Shown here: positions 58,007 through 64,000 of the stretch, one piece after another
Numbering within the stretch: the stretch's first letter is position 1
Layout: each line of letters begins with the position of its first letter
Assembly (NCBI GenBank): GCA_045863295.1
Contig: BTWA01000018.1
Location: 1-64,000, forward strand
Reading direction: 5' to 3'
DNA length: 64,000 nt
Source of the DNA: Candidatus Hydrogenedentota bacterium
Lineage (GTDB): Bacteria; Hydrogenedentota; Hydrogenedentia; Hydrogenedentales; SLHB01
The notes under the pieces: model-generated
Database searches by the model: none
Told to the model about the DNA's origin: nothing
Seen by the model: only the letters and a program-made list of their open reading frames with translations
Made by a program: the position numbers and the translations under genes

Positions 58007-60319
58007 TCAGGGTGTGAACACGTCCGGGCCGGGAGAGAATGGTGAGGACGGACTGGCAACGAACGAAAGTATGTCACGAAAATTCGGCAGGGCCGGATCA
58101 CTATACTCAATACGCCAGGGGCCTTCTTTGTTCGTAAAGGTCAGCCATACTTCGCCGCTTTCAGTTCGGGGGAAAAAGGCCTCCGAATCCGCACGGGCAC
58201 CGTCCCAGACGGCGATGCCGCTGAACCGGACATAAACCGAGACACGAATTTGCTCGTCTGTGGTCACTTTGCTGAAGTCCCAGGCGCGGATTTGCCGGTC
58301 CATCCGGCAGAAATCGTACTTCTCAAAGAACCACTGGTACGCACGCTTCACATACGCGAACGGCCAAAGTTGCGGATCCTGGTAGTCTTGAGTATACAGC
58401 TCTGTAACCACATCCAGGCGTTCTTCCCGAAAAGCCGATTCCCAATCTTCAATACGTTTCACGATGGTCTCGGCCTCGCCTTTGAATTCAGCCGGCACCC
58501 CATCGTAATTGGGCCACCAAGGAACGTCCACCGGCGGCGCGACCGGCTGGTCCAACGATTGGCTGACTCCAGCATCCAGCAATTCCGTCAATAAGACTTC
58601 TTCCGCAAGGCGGCTTTCCACTACGCTAAAAGCGAGATACTCGCCGTAGTTGACCGTACCCTCGTACACTTCCTTTTGACTGGCGAGGCCTGTCGTGATA
58701 GCGGATATCGCGTACGAGGCAGGGGTTGTGCCTGTTACGGACGTGTCCACCCACGAGTAACTCTCGGTCACCTCCGCTATAGCGACAAACGGCCCTTCCA
58801 GACCATTGGCCCTGCGGTAAATGCGAAACGCGACGTCGTCTTCGCGTCGCGTCCAGTCAAGGCGTACTCCATTTGCCTGGCGCGTCGCCGTCAGCCCGCG
58901 AAGAGGTGAAGGCATGTCGGGTATGCGGTAAGTCTGCTCCTCGTAAGCATTTTCGCGCGTATGCATCACGAACACGCCTCGAGCTATTCGCGCGGCGAAT
59001 GCTGTGCCAGAGGCATCTGGAACATAGTGCTGATCCAGTAAAGCAGTCCAATCTGCCGGCGAGACAATCTCTCCCGGGCGCACCACCCGGGCAAATCCCG
59101 CAAGCGAATCAGCTAGCGCATAGGGTGATAAGATGGGCACCCAAAAATGTCTGCCCGAATTCAAAACCAACTCAGAAACCTGCCCTGGCCGCTCCATTCC
59201 GTACGCGCCATGAATCAGGTGTCCGGCGTCCAGAACGCCGTCCGCATCCGCCAGATTGCTGTGAAATGCAAGCGCATCGCGGGAATTGCTCATCTGAAAG
59301 CCAATTACGCACTTCTTCCGGACAAACTCCTTCGGCGCGACAAGACTTTTCTCCAAGACCTCGCGAAGTGTGGGGGCAATGGCCGAATCCCAAAAGAGGC
59401 GGTGCTGTCCCGACCACAAATCCTTGCCACGGGGAAATGAATATACCGTGGCGCCTCCCATCGCACCGTTGAGAATCATCGCCCGATAAAAAGACGGAGG
59501 CATGGTCGCCGCATTCGAATTGGGGCCAAACACGCCAGGACGCACAAACCGAGCCGATGTATACCAGTTGGAAGTTGCAGAAACGCCCCAATGCGCTGCG
59601 CTCTCCTCGAGCCATAGCCCCATCAACGCCATTTGCCTCGTTGTAGTATGGCCATCGGTATGCGCGTTCAATGGCAATACGTACCCTTTGCACTCGCGAA
59701 GTGTCTGGAACAACGGTGCGCACCAGTTGTTCGACATTACGCGCAGCCAGCCAACCCGATCCAATTCTAACGCCGTAAACCTGCCATATGTCCGGGTCAA
59801 CCGAAGCACCTCGGAAGTCCAGCGCACTACTGGCGGAGTTCCCAAATCCTGTGCCGCTCCAAATGCGTAGTAGTCTTCAAATACCAATCCCGATACATAC
59901 CAGCCCTTCAGATTCGTGTAATCGCGCAGCAATTCTTCAACCAGCGGCAGCGGATGAAAAAACGCAGGGTCGCCATCAGTCAATTGGACGGCTACCGGAA
60001 TATCCGAGGCACGAACCGTATCCAATATCGCGCGAAGACGCCCGTGGCGGCTCACTACATCAAATGCGCCAACCCGAACGATCAATGCGCTATACGGCTT
60101 CAGGTCATCAGGCAGGGATAGCCACGTGGTTATCACGGCGTTGGCGTATGTCTCTGCGGGAGCTTCGGGTTCCGCGTCGATTCCAAACAGGAACAGCGGA
60201 TGTACATCCAGAATCTCCACCGATGGTTGAGGGACCGGATCCTCTGCCCATGCGGTGGCCATGGACAGGATCAGAATCTGTAAACAGAGTCTGCTCAATG
60301 AGTTAAATCGGCGAAACAT
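58007..60319 (-). CDS. Secreted protein with GH98-like N-terminal domain, Fn3-like domain and NTF2-like C-terminal domain
   Basis: Signal peptide; MGLWL...HWGV...WY and GATVYSF resemble GH98; V.L.W...F.IYR...Y.I.A Fn3 pattern. Confidence 0.5.
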   Translation of the reverse strand: MFRRFNSLSRLCLQILILSMATAWAEDPVPQPSVEILDVHPLFLFGIDAEPEAPAETYANAVITTWLSLPDDLKPYSALIVRVGAFDVVSRHGRLRAILDTVRASDIPVAVQLTDGDPAFFHPLPLVEELLRDYTNLKGWYVSGLVFEDYYAFGAAQDLGTPPVVRWTSEVLRLTRTYGRFTALELDRVGWLRVMSNNWCAPLFQTLRECKGYVLPLNAHTDGHTTTRQMALMGLWLEESAAHWGVSATSNWYTSARFVRPGVFGPNSNAATMPPSFYRAMILNGAMGGATVYSFPRGKDLWSGQHRLFWDSAIAPTLREVLEKSLVAPKEFVRKKCVIGFQMSNSRDALAFHSNLADADGVLDAGHLIHGAYGMERPGQVSELVLNSGRHFWVPILSPYALADSLAGFARVVRPGEIVSPADWTALLDQHYVPDASGTAFAARIARGVFVMHTRENAYEEQTYRIPDMPSPLRGLTATRQANGVRLDWTRREDDVAFRIYRRANGLEGPFVAIAEVTESYSWVDTSVTGTTPASYAISAITTGLASQKEVYEGTVNYGEYLAFSVVESRLAEEVLLTELLDAGVSQSLDQPVAPPVDVPWWPNYDGVPAEFKGEAETIVKRIEDWESAFREERLDVVTELYTQDYQDPQLWPFAYVKRAYQWFFEKYDFCRMDRQIRAWDFSKVTTDEQIRVSVYVRFSGIAVWDGARADSEAFFPRTESGEVWLTFTNKEGPWRIEYSDPALPNFRDILSFVASPSSPFSPGPDVFTP

Positions 60320-60545
60320 GGTCGAGAGTCTACCCAACCGAATGTGCGTTGCACAACTACCTTTAACCGTATGTTTCCGTGTCATCTTCGTAACCATTAC
60401 AAAGACATGAATACGCAAATTGCCGTGAAAGTTCGATTTACAGCAGATTTATCGCAGGCCCTGGAACAGGCTTAGCCTGCTTCGCGCGACGCAAAATTTG
60501 CGGTGAATGCCTGCCATTTGCTAGAATTCCGCTCTGCCTGACTAC

Positions 60546-60622
60546 GTACCCGTAGCTCAATTGGATAGAGTGCTTGGCTACGGACCAAGAGGTTGGGGGT
60601 TCAAATCCCTCCGGGTACGCCA
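60546..60622 (+). tRNA. tRNA-Arg (anticodon ACG)
   Basis: Acceptor GTACCCG/CGGGTAC, D-arm GCTC..GAGT, anticodon arm CTTGG-ctACGga-CCAAG, TTCAAAT T-loop and encoded CCA. Confidence 0.97.
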
Positions 60623-60710
60623 TTTTTCCCTATTAACACCCTCACCATGGATTAACTGCGGCATGATTGCCCGAATTGTTCGCAAAGCGACGTCAGGGAG
60701 TCCGGGGACA

Positions 60711-61883
60711 ATGGATTCTCATACGAGGTGCGCAAAAATCCCAGGCGCCATTTTACTGACTTCGGCATTTTTATTGGCGCTGTGTCCCGTCCGCACATCG
60801 GCCCAAACGATCGTGCCGGTGTATGTAAGTCCAATTGGCTCCTACCAGGAAGTACGCATTCCTTCCCTGGTCTGCACCCAGACCGGCACACTTTTGGCCT
60901 TTGCCGAGGGACGAGTGATACCGGGAGACCATGCGCGCAACGACATCCTTCTCCGGCGCAGCATGGACAACGGCGCGACATGGGGATCCATCCAATACGT
61001 GCATGCAGATCCGGATCGGGTGTTTGTGAATCCCTGCTCTGTCGTGCTTCCGTCGGGCCGCGTGCTGCTGATGTACCAGTCCTTTCCTCACGGCCTTCAC
61101 GCGCGAAAAATTGGCGATTCGGTGAAGCTGCTTTCGCCGGGTCTGGAGGGCGATCGCATCAGCCGCACCTTGTTACAATGGAGTGACGACGATGGCGTTA
61201 CTTGGTCCACTCCGCGCGATATTACTGCGCAGACCAAGCGGCCCGCACCCATTATTTCCACGGCCAGCGGTCCGGGCATTGGCATTGTGATCGCACGCGG
61301 TCCGCACAAGGGTCGCGTCGTGATCCCCACGAACGAAGGCTGGTGGGAAACGCCCGGCCGCATCTTCAATGTCTTTGCCTGCTACAGTGACGACAACGGC
61401 GAAATGTGGCAAATCGGTGAAATTGCACCGCGTAGCGAAGGCGTCATGGGGGATGAAGTGCAAATCGTCGAGTGTTCGGATGGCGCACTGCTGCTCAACT
61501 CGCGTGCCAGCTTTGGATCCCACCGGCTGTCGGCGCGAAGCACGGATGGCGGAGAGAACTGGTCGCCTCTGCGCGTGGAATCTTCCCTGCCGGAACCACG
61601 CTGCATGGGGTCCATCTTCCGCTACAGTTGGCCGGAGGATGGAAAGAGCCGAATATTATTCGCCAATCCCGGGAACGAGATATCGCGCACTAAGGGAACC
61701 GTTCGCGTAAGCTACGACGAAGGCAAAACCTGGCCGGTCTCTAAAGTGGTTTTCGAAGGCGATTTCGCGTATTCCTGTCTTGCCCGCCTGACCGACCACA
61801 GCATCGGCCTTCTCTACGAAACGAACGATCACAGCCGCATCGAGTTCATGAGATTCACACTCGAATGGCTGGAAGGTTCTTGA
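60711..61883 (+). CDS. Sialidase family (GH33/BNR) protein
   Basis: RIP motif, AFAEGR, five Asp-boxes (S.D.G.TW-like), DE and AYS motifs. Confidence 0.88.
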   Translation: MDSHTRCAKIPGAILLTSAFLLALCPVRTSAQTIVPVYVSPIGSYQEVRIPSLVCTQTGTLLAFAEGRVIPGDHARNDILLRRSMDNGATWGSIQYVHADPDRVFVNPCSVVLPSGRVLLMYQSFPHGLHARKIGDSVKLLSPGLEGDRISRTLLQWSDDDGVTWSTPRDITAQTKRPAPIISTASGPGIGIVIARGPHKGRVVIPTNEGWWETPGRIFNVFACYSDDNGEMWQIGEIAPRSEGVMGDEVQIVECSDGALLLNSRASFGSHRLSARSTDGGENWSPLRVESSLPEPRCMGSIFRYSWPEDGKSRILFANPGNEISRTKGTVRVSYDEGKTWPVSKVVFEGDFAYSCLARLTDHSIGLLYETNDHSRIEFMRFTLEWLEGS

Positions 61884-61946
61884 CGGCCGGATTTTCATCC
61901 ACAATACAATCAGGCTAGGCAGTGCCGATCTTAAGCATTGTGCGCG

Positions 61947-63483
<1,537 letters not shown>

Positions 63484-63487
<4 letters not shown>

Positions 63488-63867
63488 GATTGCACTCCTA
63501 GCGTCGTCTGTAAGATCTCGCTAATCTTTTCAGGTGTAAATGGCTTTCGTAGATATGCAATGACTCCCAGATCCTCAACCTCGTTCATCCGCGAAGCGCT
63601 GCCCTCCGTGGACACCACAATCACCGGAATCTCTTTTAACACGGGATCCGACTTCAGTTTGCCTATCATGGCTATACCATCCATTTCCGGCATATGAATG
63701 TCCGTGATGATGAGATCCACCCATTGCGTAGCCAGCACATCCAGTGCCTCGCGGCCATTTGCCGCATGAAGCACGCTGCCTATAGCGATTCCCGCGTGTC
63801 CCAGCGTACGGGCAATTACCGCCCGCACCGTGGCCGAGTCATCCACGATCAGAATATTGAGAGACAT
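63484..63867 (-). CDS. cheY: Single-domain response regulator (CheY-like)
   Basis: IVDD, TDIHMPEMDG, ST and KPF motifs. Confidence 0.85.
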
Positions 63868-63917
63868 GAAGCGTAGCTCCTATGAATCCGACCGCATTAC
63901 AGTTTGCGGCCATCCAA

Positions 63918-64000
63918 CTAAATCTCCGTTTCGTCTTTCGCAACTCGCACAGTCGTAACCCCCGAATCCATGTACAGTGTCATGGTTCTGGCCACTGTGC
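63918..64000 (-). CDS. cheD: 3' end of a probable CheD, truncated by the window edge
   Basis: ...TVARTMTLYMDSGVTTVRVAKDETEI* resembles CheD C-termini; che cluster context. Confidence 0.55.
   Translation of the reverse strand, partial: TVARTMTLYMDSGVTTVRVAKDETEI

Noticed and set aside
60546..60622. tRNA-Arg as a genomic-island attachment site
   Set aside because: No integrase is present. The only 3'-end match noticed is about 11 nt inside the aldo/keto reductase gene (near 23718), consistent with chance.

Overview
A gene-dense, GC-rich bacterial chromosome window. The gene content suggests a diderm such as Candidatus Hydrogenedentota or a PVC-like lineage; this is inference only. Bases 1-34.4 kb hold mostly carbohydrate and periplasmic enzymes: YdjC deacetylase, ThuA, a Tat-exported Gfo/Idh/MocA and a Tat-exported enolase-superfamily enzyme, two DUF6807-like proteins, a three-module GH29 fucosidase, GH38, amidase and phosphodiesterase. 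Next come a Hel308/Ski2-like helicase fused to an OmpR-type winged helix and a complete V/A-type ATP synthase operon followed by a PTS IIA. The right end holds dapA/dapB, a GH98-like protein, tRNA-Arg(ACG), a sialidase and the end of a cheD-cheY-cheX-cheB cluster. No integrase, transposase, rRNA or CRISPR array was seen. The strongest candidate for an undescribed system is the minus-strand unit at 37.2-44.6 kb. A consensus sigma-54 promoter precedes a transmembrane Ser/Thr kinase (TPR and CsgG-like periplasmic domains), a TPR/Ig/double-CsgG-like lipoprotein, a FadL/PorV-like outer-membrane barrel, a 71-aa prepilin-like protein and an unlisted 25-aa hydrophobic peptide. A second sigma-54-like promoter with the same 11-bp upstream element precedes an unlisted 34-aa membrane peptide at 1215-1319. 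All family calls come from reading motifs by eye; no database search was run.
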